A stretch of 64,000 bases of DNA from Ramazzottius varieornatus (GCA_001949185.1 BDGG01000007.1:1756730-1820729), one strand, 5' to 3'; shown: positions 23,982 through 38,898, counted from the first letter of the stretch. Notes: generated by a model from the letters alone, not told the origin. Program-made: numbers and translations.

Positions 23982-25274
23982 ATATATGGGTATCGGCGGC
24001 CAAATTTGCGGCTAAGCGATGGCTACTCAAACTGTTCAGGAATCAAGTTTGAAGTTTTGGTGTCTCAAGGGCAAAGTCGAACTGCTGATGCATTCTGGTG
24101 TAACAGACATTGAGGACCACGACACTGGGGTGCATTTGGCCGTCCGACCAGTGGTCAGGTGGAAACGTCAGAAAAATCCGAAGGGGTCCGAAATTTCGAG
24201 TGAAAATGTCTCGACGTCACAGTAATGTCATATAGCGCGAGGATGAGCCTACACTGAGCCCCATAGTTATCTGTCCACCCATTTTTGTTCAAAAATTCAT
24301 AACTTATTTTGCACTGACCCGTTTTTGATATTTCGAACGTCTCTATAGAGATCTGTGTTTCATCTTTACGACCACGTGACATCCGTATGAATCAATCAGC
24401 AAATCAACTGACAGTATCATCATTACGAACACCTAAAACTGCCTTGTTTTCAGCTCTGAGTTGCGGGTGCTAGCCAGCAGATAGCACATCATGCTTGTTA
24501 CTATTATGTAGCCCCAACATTAAGCTTTCAAGTAAGCCCATGTGAGAAACTTTTACAGATATGCAGAAAAAGCTGTGTTTTCGTGTCAACCAGGAAGTAC
24601 TCTCGGTTATTTTCGGTGGTGCATATTCACAACGCCTTGTCTTCGACATCCTTGCTGCCAAGTTACGTTTAAATGGTGACAACTTTCATAAAGATAATTA
24701 GACTTTGTAGTTTGAGTCATTCGGTCAGTCGAAACGAAAGATATCGAAAGGTAACCATGAAGTAGCGCGTTTCATGCGGCAAAAGATGTATGTAGGTATA
24801 TCAACGAAATTTTTTCCGCAGAGTTTCAAAAATTTCTCACATGGGCTTACTTGAAAGCTTAATGTTGGGGCTACATAATAGTAACAAGCATGATGTGCTA
24901 TCTGTTGGCTGGCTAGCACCCGCAACTCGGAGCCGAAAACAAGGCAGTTTTAGGTGTTCGTAGGGATGATACTGCCAGTTGATTTGCTGATTGATTCATA
25001 CGGAAGTCACGTGGTCGTAAAGATCCAACACTGATCTCTATAAAGACGTTCAAAATATCTAAATCGGGTTAGTGCGAAATAAGTTATGAAGTTTTGAAAC
25101 GAAGATGGGGGTGGACAGATAGATTTGGGACTCAGTGTACATCTGTTCGGACGCAATACCCCCATGTGGGTGCATATCTCAACTGGTAATCACCCCAGAA
25201 TTTCCGGAAAACACTTCCAGAAGGGTGAACAGAAAAAAGTCGTGCCGCAGACCGGGCCGCCGATACCCATATAT
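23982..25274. mobile_element. Non-autonomous DNA element with 20-bp terminal inverted repeats, hosting a nested MITE
   Basis: ATATATGGGTATCGGCGGCC (23982-24001) and its perfect reverse complement (25255-25274). A diverged second copy lies at about 34343-34818. Confidence 0.8.
24252..25137. mobile_element. Tc1/mariner-type MITE with about 300-bp TIRs and TA target duplication
   Basis: TA|CACTGAGCCCCATAGTTATCTGTCCACCC ... GGGTGGACAGATAGATTTGGGACTCAGTG|TA. Arms about 24252-24550 and 24832-25137. Confidence 0.9.
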
Positions 25275-25333
25275 CCAGTAGTGAAAACGAAAGTTAACTA
25301 CAATACCATATCACAAAAGCATAGTTTCCCTGA

Positions 25334-25659
25334 CCCTGTTCGGACGAGCCTCCGATCCATTAAACTGACCATATAACATTTGGGATTAGTCCTGGTTTGC
25401 TACAGAGCATTTTGGGTGCAGTTTGGGTTCAGTAAAGGTTCATATATGTACCATTATGTCTATGCCACATGAATATCACATAACGGGTTCATGTATGGTT
25501 CATGTATGCAATATTCATGTTGCATAGACATATATGTCGCATATACAGTATGAACCTTTACTGAACCCAAAATGCACCCAAAATGCTCTGTAGCAAACCA
25601 GGACTGTTCCCAAATGTTATACGGTCAGTATGATGGATCGGAGGCTCTTCCGACCGGGG
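25334..25659. mobile_element. Palindromic MITE with about 110-bp TIRs and candidate TGA target duplication
   Basis: TGA|CCCTGTTCGGACGAGCCTCCGATCCAT...ATGGATCGGAGGCTCTTCCGACCGGGG|TGA, with an AT-rich centre. Confidence 0.8.
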
Positions 25660-26370
25660 TGAATGGCCAGACAGAGTCGTTTCCACCCTTTGCGAACCCG
25701 CTGAATAGCTTATAGACTAAACACGGTATCAGAATGGTGACGTCGGGCGGTCGGAGTTTCGTTGTAACGTTCCAGCATTACTGACGATGACCCCATGTAC
25801 GACATACGAGTACACTTCCGGATCCGTTCCGTATACATGAATGCGGAGAGGACGGGGGGAAGCCACACGGTACTGTGGATGTGGTTCCTGTGTTGCCAGT
25901 CCGGATCCGTGGCATATTATGTAATATAATTATCCTGTGCCGTGTAATTTCCGTTACCACAAGAAATCTACTGTGATCACAAGAGGCTGCCACAGTTGCC
26001 TACTTAAGTCAGTCAGCTGATTCATGGCGTGAGAGAATCTTCATGACTGCGCGGTATGCTGTCAGGCCATGCACTATCCCCACGCGTGCCGGTCTTGAAA
26101 TAGTTACAATTACCAGGGCCATTGTCGGATCATTCGTCAACACACACCTTTCTCGTTAGAGACCTTGTAATTCTGTGGCCTAGGGCTTTCGCGGGAGGAC
26201 ACTCTGGAAACAGCGCTTCTACCTGCGGTTCGCACTTTTCCTACTCGAGCTGACTCAGGAAGATATGGACGCACATTGTTCAAAGTTTCTGCTTTGACCC
26301 TGCGTGATAATGTATTCTTAAAGAACAGAAAGGCAATACTGTCACGCTCAGATTCGCCAAAACTCTCCCG

Positions 26371-27588
26371 ATGGCATCCATCCTGCTCAAAGCACAACTT
26401 GCTAATGTCAGCTTGGTCCTGACAAACAGTACGGCCCATGCGCCGCTAAGAGGACCAGGGAGTCCACAAGACACTCGAACCTTCGCTTGGGCCACAGTTT
26501 CACTGGTCATCATCGGTTTTGTTAGTTCGCTGTGCTGCATGTACAGCAACTACCACCACCACGCCCAACCTTCCCAACGTTCGTCCACGCCTTCGGCTAT
26601 GAACATGTGGGTATTTTCCCTGTCTATGGCGTCCTTTCTCTTTTCTTCACTGATTCTCCCTGTCTACGCATACACCATGATCGAGCAGGTGAAGAATCCA
26701 CTTGGAGGGGATACTTTCCACCCATTCTGCCGCTTCATTGCCTTCACGTATTTTACACTGGTCGCAGTTTGCGCTTTCCCTCATGCCGCCATTGCCATCA
26801 ATCGTCTTCTGACGATTGTCTTCTCCAGTCAGTATCCGCGAGTCAAGTCCGTGGCTGTGACCCTTCTCCTAGTCACTCTGTCATGGTTGCTGCCTGTCGC
26901 CATGTTTGTCATCCCTCTTTTGACGCCACGATACGGTCACTATGGGTTGTCGGACAGCTCGCACCGTTGTGCATTCTTGAAGCTCGACCGACCAACAAAA
27001 TGGCATACAAGGCTTTTTCAGCGCTGGTTCCCTTTACCATCACTGTTCTGGCCTATCTTGGCATAATCGTTTTCCTGATTCTTTCTCGCCAAAGAGTAAC
27101 TCAACACCATCTTCCTGGTAGTGACCCGCGCAACCGGAGAAAGAAATTAATTAATACGAGGAAAGACTTGCAAGCGACCAAAATGGCGTTCATATTGTGC
27201 ATGGTATTTCTAATCTGCTTCATACCCAACTGCATTTTTGGCATTGCAGTTAGTTCACTGAAGGGACTACAGTCAATGGTCGGCATCGGTTTCGCATATT
27301 GGTCCTGGATAGGTGAGCGATCATGAGTCCTGCCCGGATAGTTGTCAGTACTGATGCTTCAGATGTTACCAGTTATCCAATAAATTTTACCACTAGTCCG
27401 AGTGAATATCGTCAGCATGCTAGATGCTTTGCTGTTTTGTTGGCTGCACAATCAACCCTTTGGTCTACCCGCTATTACATTCCGCCTTGCGCCGAAAGCT
27501 GTTCCGTCAGCGAAAGATACTGCCTTCCAAGTTAACACAACCGAAGAACAGCGCGGATACTGCTTTTCAGGCACAGAGCGGACCGTGA
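26371..27588 (+). pseudogene. Class A (rhodopsin-like) GPCR, frameshifted; pseudogene or assembly error
   Basis: TM1-4 in ORF 26371 (CRFIAF, AIAINRL, SWLLP), TM5-7 in a shifted frame from about 27000 (FLICFIP), and INPLVY after an intron at about 27313 whose in-frame acceptor reads TG rather than AG. Confidence 0.75.
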
Positions 27589-28515
27589 CCTTTTCAACCG
27601 GTAGTTTGCCCTCCATCGAGCTCGAAGAAATTCTCTGCACCAAATAACTCAATTACGAAGAATGTGCCCTGCTACCAAAAAGTCCCTTAACACGTAAATG
27701 TATACGAGCAGCTTGACCTTTGAAATTTTCTCCGGTGTGCAAAAGTTCTGAGCTCATAAGTCGGATCAATTGTACTGAGAAAATTCAAATCCGCAACACA
27801 AAGACCCGCACGGTACTACATTTCAGCGAGCGTTCAGTCCTACATCCAGAGAAGCTCTCTTTCTTCGTGGTCCGTGATGGTTCCTTCCTGTCCCATTCCA
27901 TCTATATGATGGCGCGCTCGTCCCCAACGCTGAGCACAGTCCTCATACCTTTCGCACCGGTGCCGCAACTTCCTCTTCCGCTCACGGAACTTCGGATGTA
28001 ATTATTCAGACGACCGGACGATGGAAAAGCCACGCCTACCGAGGCTAAATTCGTCCTTTTTCACCTGCTCCCTTAGTTCGCTATTATCAATTTCTCTCTT
28101 GCATATGATGTTTGATAGTTTGCCGATACGTGAGTCTTTATATCCCCAGACACTTCCGTGTTCGTTCCCCAATTACCCGTCTTGGGAGCAACAGTTCAGT
28201 TAATGAATTTTGACCTAAGAGACGCCACCTCCAGAGGAGGTTACGTTGGCCCGCGCCAGAATTCACTCGAATTCCAGCTCACTGACGCCAACTAACGTAT
28301 AAATTCAACGGTCGATGAGAGTTTTTCCACTATCATTCCATAGATAAGTTACAGAAAAGGGTATTTCTAGGAATACATGCGGTCTATCTACATAAAAGCC
28401 TGATTGTCCTCGAAGAAATACAAGACTCAGAAACGCAGCTCATATAAAGCCTTGAGTGACGGGTGCGTGTACTGCCAAACGTTTTCAGCGCGACTGGTGG
28501 AAGCCGACTTCAAGA

Positions 28516-30857
28516 ATGACGCAATCTGCATGGATGGGCTTGCTGGCGATTCTAGTCGTCTGCGTGACGGTGAACAAGGCCAGCGCCCTCGAGTCCTGTT
28601 GCGCCGATCTAGGATGTTTCAGTTCGGGGACGCCCTTCTTTCACCCCATTCACAGGTATGAGAAAAAGACAGTGCACGGTGCATTCTTTCTCTGCTGACG
28701 AATATGCTTGGAATTTCCGCAGACCAGTGATAAGTGTTCCAAAGTGTTCCATCATGTCAACATTTGGATTACACCTGAATACGCGACACTGGTCCAATGT
28801 CAAGGTCACTCAATGGATGGATCCGTATGAAATACCAACCATCAGTAGCTCGTCTTTTGATGTGAACAAGGATACCAAATTGTTGATTCATGGCTTCACT
28901 GATCTCTACGACTGGCCATGGTGGACGGTAAAAACTTTAACTTCAACATGATCTGAGTAGTTCGAGCTTTCGATGTGAGCAGCCAGCAATTCAAAATCAT
29001 TTTGAACAATATTTTCTGCAGGATATCGTCACCGCCTTGCTAAAAGAAGGCGACTACAATGTGATCCGTTTTGACTGGGGTTAGTAACTACCACAAGAGT
29101 TTTCGTTGATAAGGGTTTCAACAAACTGACTACCTTCAGGCAATGTTGACAGGTAAGGCAACGGTGATGCCCTTTGAGCAGAGCATCGCCGACACACGAT
29201 TAGCTGGCGCCTATGTGGCCAAGTTCGTCAACATTCTCAAGTACAACTTCGGATATCCACCACAAAGAATTCACATCATCAGCCACAGGTGAAAGTCCAC
29301 ACCGTATCTTTACAAGTAGCGTTCAACCTACTAATGCACCATCCAACTTAAAGCTTTTACATAATTACAGCTTGGGAGTACACACGGCTGGCTACGTCGG
29401 CGAACGCGTGGACAAAATTGGTCGCATCACAGCACTGGACCCAGGACGTCAGTCAAAGTTACAAATCAATTCCCAAAAGCTCTCGATAACTCAACTTATC
29501 GACAGGATATCATTTTGAAAACACCGAACCAGCTGTCCGTCTGGACCCCACAGATGCCATGGTGGTGGACAGCTTGGTGACAGATGGAGAAGTATGTTGA
29601 AAACGACAAAAAATTGTACTGCAGACATCTGAACTGAAATGACATGAACTTTTGACAGAACTTTCCAGCTTTTGCACTGGGATCCTTGCAACCCATGGCT
29701 CACCTCACGGTGTATCTCAACGGCGGTTCGCGCCAGCCGGGTTGCGAGTTTGGGTGAGGCCGCCAACCAGCATACTTTATGAACTGGCGCACGGCGTTTG
29801 CACTCCGAGACTAAATTATTAATTGACGCGGTGTTTGTACAGGACACTTTTCTTCCCTTGGGGAAAGCAAACAAACTACAACACCACCAATTACAGTACG
29901 CCTCATTAAACGAATATCTGGAAGGCTGTAAATTAATCACCATCATAAAATCATCATCCTAATTGTCTAGACACCTCTGCCATACGGAGACAAACCGAGT
30001 ACCAAAACAAGGCCTGCAGCCATTGGAGAGCCTACTTCCTCTTTTCGGGTACCCGAAAAGCTGCATCTTTCTATTGTGAACGAACAAAGTTACTTGGAAT
30101 ATTTCTTGGGCGGATGTGATTTGTTTTTTAGAGACCATAATGAGGGACAAGTGTCAAACTGTAGCCTACGAGTGCGACAACTACCAACAGGTACTTCTTT
30201 TGGTCCAGCTTCAGAACCAAACCTGCTTGAGTGGTCGATAGGCGTCAAAGAATTTGCTGGTTCTTTGTAGTTCAAGAGCGGCCAGTGCTTCCCGAAGAAC
30301 GGGTCCTCCACCTTGGTCGGTTATCACGTCAACACGGTCTTGGCCGAGCCAGGTCGCCTTCGCCTCTTCTACGCCGCCAACGATAGGAACCTTCCATTCT
30401 GCGTCAAGTCTTTCTCCCTCAAGTTTCGCCTGCAATCCAAGAACGCCAACCACAACTCGCAGCCCGAACGTGGAGTCATCTCTGCTCGACTCTACGGCTT
30501 ACTTGGGTCTTCAGCTCAAGTCGACGTCACCGAGTAATTAAAACGATGAGAAAGAACAATGAGAATGTAAGCCGATATAATCATTCTGTGTTTTTAAGGA
30601 CCGTTGACTTGCATCCGGGATCGGACTACAAGTTCCTCTTCCACATTCCGCATAAGGAACTCGGAGTCGTCCACTCCATGCACATCAGCTGGACTTCCAA
30701 GCACAACATCCTCTTACCTTCGGAGAATATGCGGAAGCACGTCCTGTACTTTGATGGAAACTTCCAGTTAACCAACGAGGATGGACAGGTCACCAACTAT
30801 CGCCCGGCCAAGCAGCAGCTCGAAGAGAGACGGGACCTTCTGGCTACTGCAATATAA
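28516..30857 (+). CDS. Secreted pancreatic-lipase-related protein with C-terminal PLAT-like domain, multi-exon
   Basis: Signal peptide, CCADLGCF, TKLLIHGF, YNVIRFDWG, IHIISHS|LGVH (Ser), RITALDP (Asp), RLDPTDA, NGGSRQPGC, CSHWRA (His). Confidence 0.93.
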
Positions 30858-30909
30858 ATTAAAATTAGTAGAATTGATGTCGTACTCGCTGTTTCGGCAT
30901 CGGGCAGCC

Positions 30910-31003
30910 CAGGGCCGTAGCGGCCTGTATTGGATGTNNNNNNNNNNNNNNNNNNNNNNNNNNNNNNNNNNNNNNNNNNNNNNNNNNGGCCGCTACGGCC
31001 CTG
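30910..31003. mobile_element. hAT-type element whose interior is collapsed into an N gap
   Basis: Perfect 16-bp TIR CAGGGCCGTAGCGGCC / GGCCGCTACGGCCCTG with a perfect 8-bp TSD GGGCAGCC (30902-30909 and 31004-31011). Confidence 0.88.
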
Positions 31004-31318
31004 GGGCAGCCACATCCTCTGAATACACTGATGCTTCCCTTTGATAGTAAAATTTTAGCTTGAGTTAAACAACGAAGCGTAAAGTCTGGAAATTGCAGAC
31101 AGAAACGCGAAATAAGGATAAACAAAAGCTTCTTACCGGAAAATCGGCAAAAAAGACAGCGATGGCGCCACCTATGGTGACGCGGTGAATCTGAGTTGAT
31201 TGGTATACGCATCGGCGGCTTGATTGAGTACACAACCAACACACAGAAAACGTTTCAAGTTTTCGACAGATGGGAATCATCGGATTTCCAGCTTTCCGTT
31301 CAAGCATGCTTTTGAGGA

Positions 31319-32278
31319 ATGAAAGTACTCCTGGGTAGTATTACCTTCACTGCTCTTCTCGTCGTTGGAAGAGAATCGGATGCGGCGCACGATGTGGACG
31401 AGAAGGAGCTTGATTTCATCGCTCATCACCTGTCGGACCACGAGTGCCGTCAGCTCGTCGAGGCACTCCATTCCGATCAGATGTTTCTTGATGAACTACC
31501 CGACGGATCCCACGCTCCTGCCAACCGGAGCTGTATTGACATGTTGAACAACTGGGATCAAAACGAGAGCAAGCAAGAGTCATTCGTCCGTCTAGTAGAA
31601 CGACTTCGCGAATTGGGAAAGAAGGATCTGGCTGCTAAAGTTTCGCGTGCTGTATTCAAGGTAATCAACAATCAACTCGACCTGGGGACACGTCACGGCC
31701 TTGTTAGTTTGCCTGTCAAGGCTGTGGCGGGGGTTCGTTCACTCTGATCAATCAAGCGGCGGATCTTACGGTAGCAAATGCATGGTTATCTGCGCCATCT
31801 GCACGTTCATCTTGGCTAAGCGGCGGATCTCACCATAGCAAATGTGCGGTTGACTGCGCCGCTTTGTGGTATGCCAACGATTATTTTGTAGGATCGCGAA
31901 GAGGTCGTGGAAGAGTTATTGCTACATCGGAAACGAACATCCAGCCCGAACATCAAACAAGAAGAAGTGATTTCTTTACACAGGCCTGCGGATACACCGC
32001 AAAGTCTGAAAGACGTGCACATCAAAGATTTCGACGGTCGCAGCGATGAAAGTAAAAGCCCGAACTCGACTTCGAAGTTGCCAAAATGGACGACGGCCCA
32101 AACTGTTTTGGTTGTGGTTTCTTCGCTGTGTTTGCTCGGTCTTTTTGGCTTTTGGTTCGTCAGTTGCTGCCCAGACTGTTGTCGCTCGCTGTGTGAGGTT
32201 TGTCGGAGGAAGCCTCACGCAAACAGCGACGATGCCACACATTTTCTCTTGAGTAAACTAGATGATGGTGATGTATAG
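31319..32278 (+). CDS. Type I membrane protein with luminal death-fold-like domain (TMDD1-like), 2 exons
   Basis: Signal peptide; LSDHECRQL...CIDMLNNWD...SFVRLVERLRELGKKDLA; intron about 31661-31891; TM VLVVVSSLCLLGLFGFWFV followed by a Cys cluster. Confidence 0.7.
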
Positions 32279-32548
32279 CTTCCTTGAGATACCTCTTCCT
32301 GCTCGAGCCCTTTTCTAGTCTTTCGCTGGATTTTTTACGGTGTTCAAGGTTTTCGGAAACCTCTGGGAATAAAATTTCACCGAAAAATCGTCATGGTGAT
32401 CTTTCTCGAGCTATCCAACTCGGCTCATCAGTCGCCCGTTCTTTAATCAAGCCGTTTTTACGGTGTCGATGAATTATTTTCGATCTTGTAGTATTATCTG
32501 CTCGAGGGGAAGTAGGTGTTCGCGAGGAACTGTGCTATTGTTTGGTAG

Positions 32549-34336
<1,788 letters not shown>

Positions 34337-34342
34337 CCGCAT

Positions 34343-34818
34343 TTGGGTTTCGGCCGCCCAATGTGCCCACGAACGATCCTTTGCCGTTTTAAAGTTATGA
34401 ACAATATCGAAGGGCATCAAGTGGTAAATTTTTCATACCTCGCCGTGGCCCCAAGTCTCATAACCTGCTCGCCGTTCCGGGAACATTTTCCCGAACATTC
34501 TGGGGTAATTACCAGCTGAGATAACCCTCACATGCGGTCTTGCTTCCGAACTGATGCAGGCGCATTTTTACGCTTTGACGGCATTGTGAAGCCTTAACAT
34601 TTTCACTCAGAATTTCGAACCCCTCCAGATTTTTTCTGACGTAGCCACCTGATACTGGTCCGACGGCTAATAAACCATCACATCGTGTTCCTCGATGTCT
34701 GCCACACCAGACTGCATCAGCTGTTTAACTTTGCCCTTGGGGTCTCACACTTCAAACTCGTTTCCTGAACAACTTGACTGGCAATCGTTCTTGTGCAAAA
34801 TGGGCCGCCGATACCCAT
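34343..34818. mobile_element. Second, uninterrupted copy (reverse orientation) of the 23982-25274 element
   Basis: Ends TGGGTTTCGGCCGCCCA / TGGGCCGCCGATACCCA. Interior aligns by eye to the reverse complement of 23985-24250 and 25140-25220. Confidence 0.78.
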
Positions 34819-35767
34819 TTGACTATCTCGTCGCGTCGAAGAAAACCGGTTACAGCTTACCGACCATAACTGACATGCAGTGCAGCATATAGTTGTTAGA
34901 AATGTTACTGTTGTGGCAGCAATCAGTGATACATAATATATTTAACGTAGACGCACGAAGGGAACGTTTGGAACAGTAAAAAGCTTGGAACAGGCGGAGA
35001 ACACGGCTTGGTAAACTTTCGCACCCGGGCCGAATTGTCCCCCGAGAACTTTGTCCCCGTGACCCGTTAATCGCTGGTCTGAAAACCAAACATATATCGC
35101 AATTTCGGTATTGTTATCTCTGATAAGCATAGGACACCACAAATCTCACACAGGGAGGCTTCCTTTTCCATTTTAGGCTCTTGCAGAACACTTTGTCCAG
35201 ACAGAACCTGACAGATATGCCCGAAAACCCACAAATCATTAGGAACTTAACAATGTGTAGCGCCAAGGTGATTTGTAACAACAGTTTAGAGCTGGCCGGC
35301 ATCATGGTGAATCCTTATGACTCATCTACTGTATCTGAGCGTAAAGCGTCTTTGCCGACCAGAAACGTTTTGGCAATGGAAAGACAAAGCACGGAACTAG
35401 AATGTTAGCGAGTGAAAAAGAACTAGTCTACGATATCATCGTCGCTATGTGATCGATACGCTGTAACACGATCCAAAAGTGGATCTGTGTAGCATGATGT
35501 CAGCTTTGCATCAAAATCTATATAACATGAATTCACCACACGGCAGCAGAACGTTGTGCTTGATCAACTGTTAAGTTTACACTGTACCACTTTGTCGGTA
35601 TATACCTGTACACAGTAAACTTAGCACGGGCGTTAGTTTTCGGGGACATCAAAATTATTTCGATATGGCTTGTATCAGAGAGAAAAATAACAGTTTTCAA
35701 ATGTTTATGACGACGTATCAATCGAGAAAGGGGTTTTTGCGACTCAAAACAGTTTATCATCGGAGCA

Positions 35768-37344
35768 CTAAAGTTGTTCTATGCGGCTTAGACACACCAT
35801 GATACCGCTTTTGTTGTGGCGTACAGCGAAGACGAATGGGCGGTTGACGGTGACGACGAAAGGTGGCGCTATAGGTGAGGTCTCCGTCCGGAATGCACCA
35901 GGTATGGAGGACTTTACTTGAAGCCTCTCTTTCAGACTTTTGGACAATTCGCTAAGTGAACGGGCATCGAAGGAAGACTTCCGGTCTCCGGTGGGTGACA
36001 GTGGGAGATGGCCACGGTTCGACCCTCCCGGTTCTCTGACGCTCTCATCGGCGTCCGTCCCGTTCTCAGAAATATCTGAACGAAGAGTTAACCAGTCAAG
36101 CTTCTTACTGTACTTTGGTTTATAAAGAGATTTTTAACCTACTGAAGTATCCGCAATGACGGGCAGCGCTTAGGGCCACGGAAAAGCCTTCAGGGCTGCT
36201 GATCATTCGGTTCAAGTCGGCACGGTCGCCGAAAAGAGACTTGACACCGAGAACTCTGAACAGAGCGATGAGGTCCAGGTTGGAACCAACGGCAAACTTG
36301 GGTATCGCCAGATCGATGAGACGGCCACGCTTGTTGTGGTGGAAGTCGCGAACGACGCCGGGAGTCAATTGCTGGGTCAGCTGTTTGAGCGGACCTTTCC
36401 CCGTCGGTAAGAATATGAGCAGACTGGCATCGTTTTGCATGTAAGGTATCTCCAGAAAGATGACGCCCATTTTACGGTCTTCAACAAACGGTATGTTGAA
36501 GATACCGCGCATGTAATGGGTCTGGTATGCTTGACCATCGTCGCCCCTAAATATACCCTCGATCGTTTCCGCTGGGTTGAACGGCTCTTTCCACCTACAA
36601 TGAACAAGAACCATAAATTTGCACGTGTCTTGAATCATTTAAGTAGAGAAATTATCGTTGTACCTGGCGCGAAAACAAAATCCGTTGGCAAGGACTATCT
36701 GTGTTCGCTTGTTGATCGCTTCCGGCGGAAAGCTTTCCCGAACTCTGCCGTTCATACCTTCGCGGATATAGCGGTTGATCAGCTGCCGCGCTTCCTCAGG
36801 CCGTGAGCTGAAGGGCATCAACACAGCTTCAGCGCGCAGTTTGGCAATTCGTTCGATGTATTCAGGAAGAACCGCAATGCTGTCGTCCAGAAAAATCTTG
36901 TTGATACGGAAAACACGGAAACGTCCGTCGTTGGGGTCGTCGTAGCTTAGTTTTGATGGTTCGGCCCGTGTCTTGACCAGTCCAGCCAAGACGTACCTGA
37001 AATCCAAAGAGCTTAGTATCGCAAGTGGTATCTTGACACAGAAACGAGTAGGAGGATCGTACGGAGCTCGACAGACCGTATGAAAAAAAAATGACGGCAG
37101 TGGAATCGTACCTGAAAGCCATCTCCAGGTCGATCTCTCCACGTTCCGAGCCACTCCATTGTTCAATATGCAATGCATGGATCAACTCAAACTTTGTTGC
37201 ACCGTCTGATCCAAGGTAGATGAGCAAGAAGCCGTTTGAAGCCGTCAGAGGCGAGAACAGGAAATTCCCACTCGGCCGGAGTTTTCGCATAGCCCGGAAG
37301 AGGGAGAGACCCAACTGCTGAATTGGCGCACGCAAGATATCCAT
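35768..37344 (-). CDS. Serpin, probably intracellular and non-inhibitory, 4 exons
   Basis: NFLFSPL..LIYLGSDGATKFEL, INRYIREGMNGRV, IVLANGFCFRA|WKEPF, LEIPY, IFLP, LAIPKF, ISENGTDA, VNRPFVFAV. No signal peptide. Confidence 0.88.
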
Positions 37345-38898
37345 TGTTTGAACTTCAGTGGCTTACTGTGGCTAGTACTTAATTCGAACGTCTTAAGTAA
37401 AACAAAATCATCCGTCAGTTCCACCGTGTTGGACATGCTGCAGTTTGCAACACTTTAGCGCAGGAGTAGCCATCGGTTGTAACAGTGTGAAAAAACAACA
37501 AGCCTGATTTGCCTGAGGAGAAGTATAGAAGCAGAAGTAATTATGTCGCCGGGCGAAATGCCGCGTAGCTTTCAGACCGCTTCAAGCAAATATCGCCATC
37601 CTTAATTGGTGGTTTGCTTCTGCCTCGGTATGAGTGATTTGTTGATCGAGAAACTACAGCTTAGTCGAAAAATGCCTGCAGCTTCCGAACCGAAATTCTG
37701 TTTATGAGGCAAATTTCCTCCCGGACACATCAACCGGCTTGAAGATAAAATCTGCATTGTCATGCTTCATCGATATCGATGCGCGCGAGGTCCATCATCT
37801 TCCATTGATTCATTTGACTGGAAACGAGTTCGGTGATCGGATTTGTTCTTCTGTTGCTGACATATCAGTGTATTTATTATTCTGGTCTTTTGCCTAAAAT
37901 TCTCATAGCAATGTATATAACCTTAAAAACATATACGGTATGAGGGACAGGTTGACAAACTCATCGAGCCAACCACTATATGGAATTTCGAGGATTAGAT
38001 ACAGCGCAGTAGGCACTCATTAACAACAAACAATTGTACTGTACCAATGAATTCGGTAGTCCGGACGATTATTTGGTCATCAGCGCTGCTTCTGTAAACG
38101 GTATTTGATAACGACGCACAAGGAAATGATGTAATGTGTGAACAGAAGGGCAAACAGGTTCCCGATATCGTATGAGCGTAAAGAAAAGAATGATAACAGG
38201 CGTGAGCGACTATCTTTGCAACAATGGAGTAGCGCGATAACTGCGATGAAACGAGCTCATAATTTTGGGTGAAGCCCTTAGACGCTCAATCTGAAAGTAT
38301 AAAGGCCTGAGACACCCGGTGGACGTTCAGTGTCATTCTAAACTCGGATCAAGCTTTCTTTCGCTATAGACCTCCGGCAACCGCACCTACATTTCTTGGA
38401 TCAAGCGGGAGAACCCTTGGGAATTGGAGCTGGATGTCTGAAGTCTGGAGTTGTGGTTTCTATAGTCAGTTTGTCACCATAACTGAGATTCCACTCCTCT
38501 AGATCTTCAAGCAACCAAACTGCGTCCTTTCTACTGGATACCACGCTTTATCGCCACAAAAGCGTTTCACTCGAGGCCGAAATTCTGTGAGTCTGTGTGT
38601 GTCTCATACGGCTACCCGATCGACCCAGGCACCGAGTTTTTTGTGTTAACTCTTTAATCATGTACATCAAGTATGGAAGAAGAAACTCGACCAGAAAATG
38701 CAGAGCTTCACACAGTGGTTTTCTAGTGCAAAATCGGACATGTGTCCAGGTCTTTAGAAACGCCATTAATGCCATCATCTTAATGCCAGTTGGTAACGTG
38801 GGCGAATAAAGCTGCTAAGCTGATACGCGATTCGCACACCGTACAAAGAACGGAATGCGACACATCACTCTTTGCGGGTAACGGCGTTGCACCAAGGC

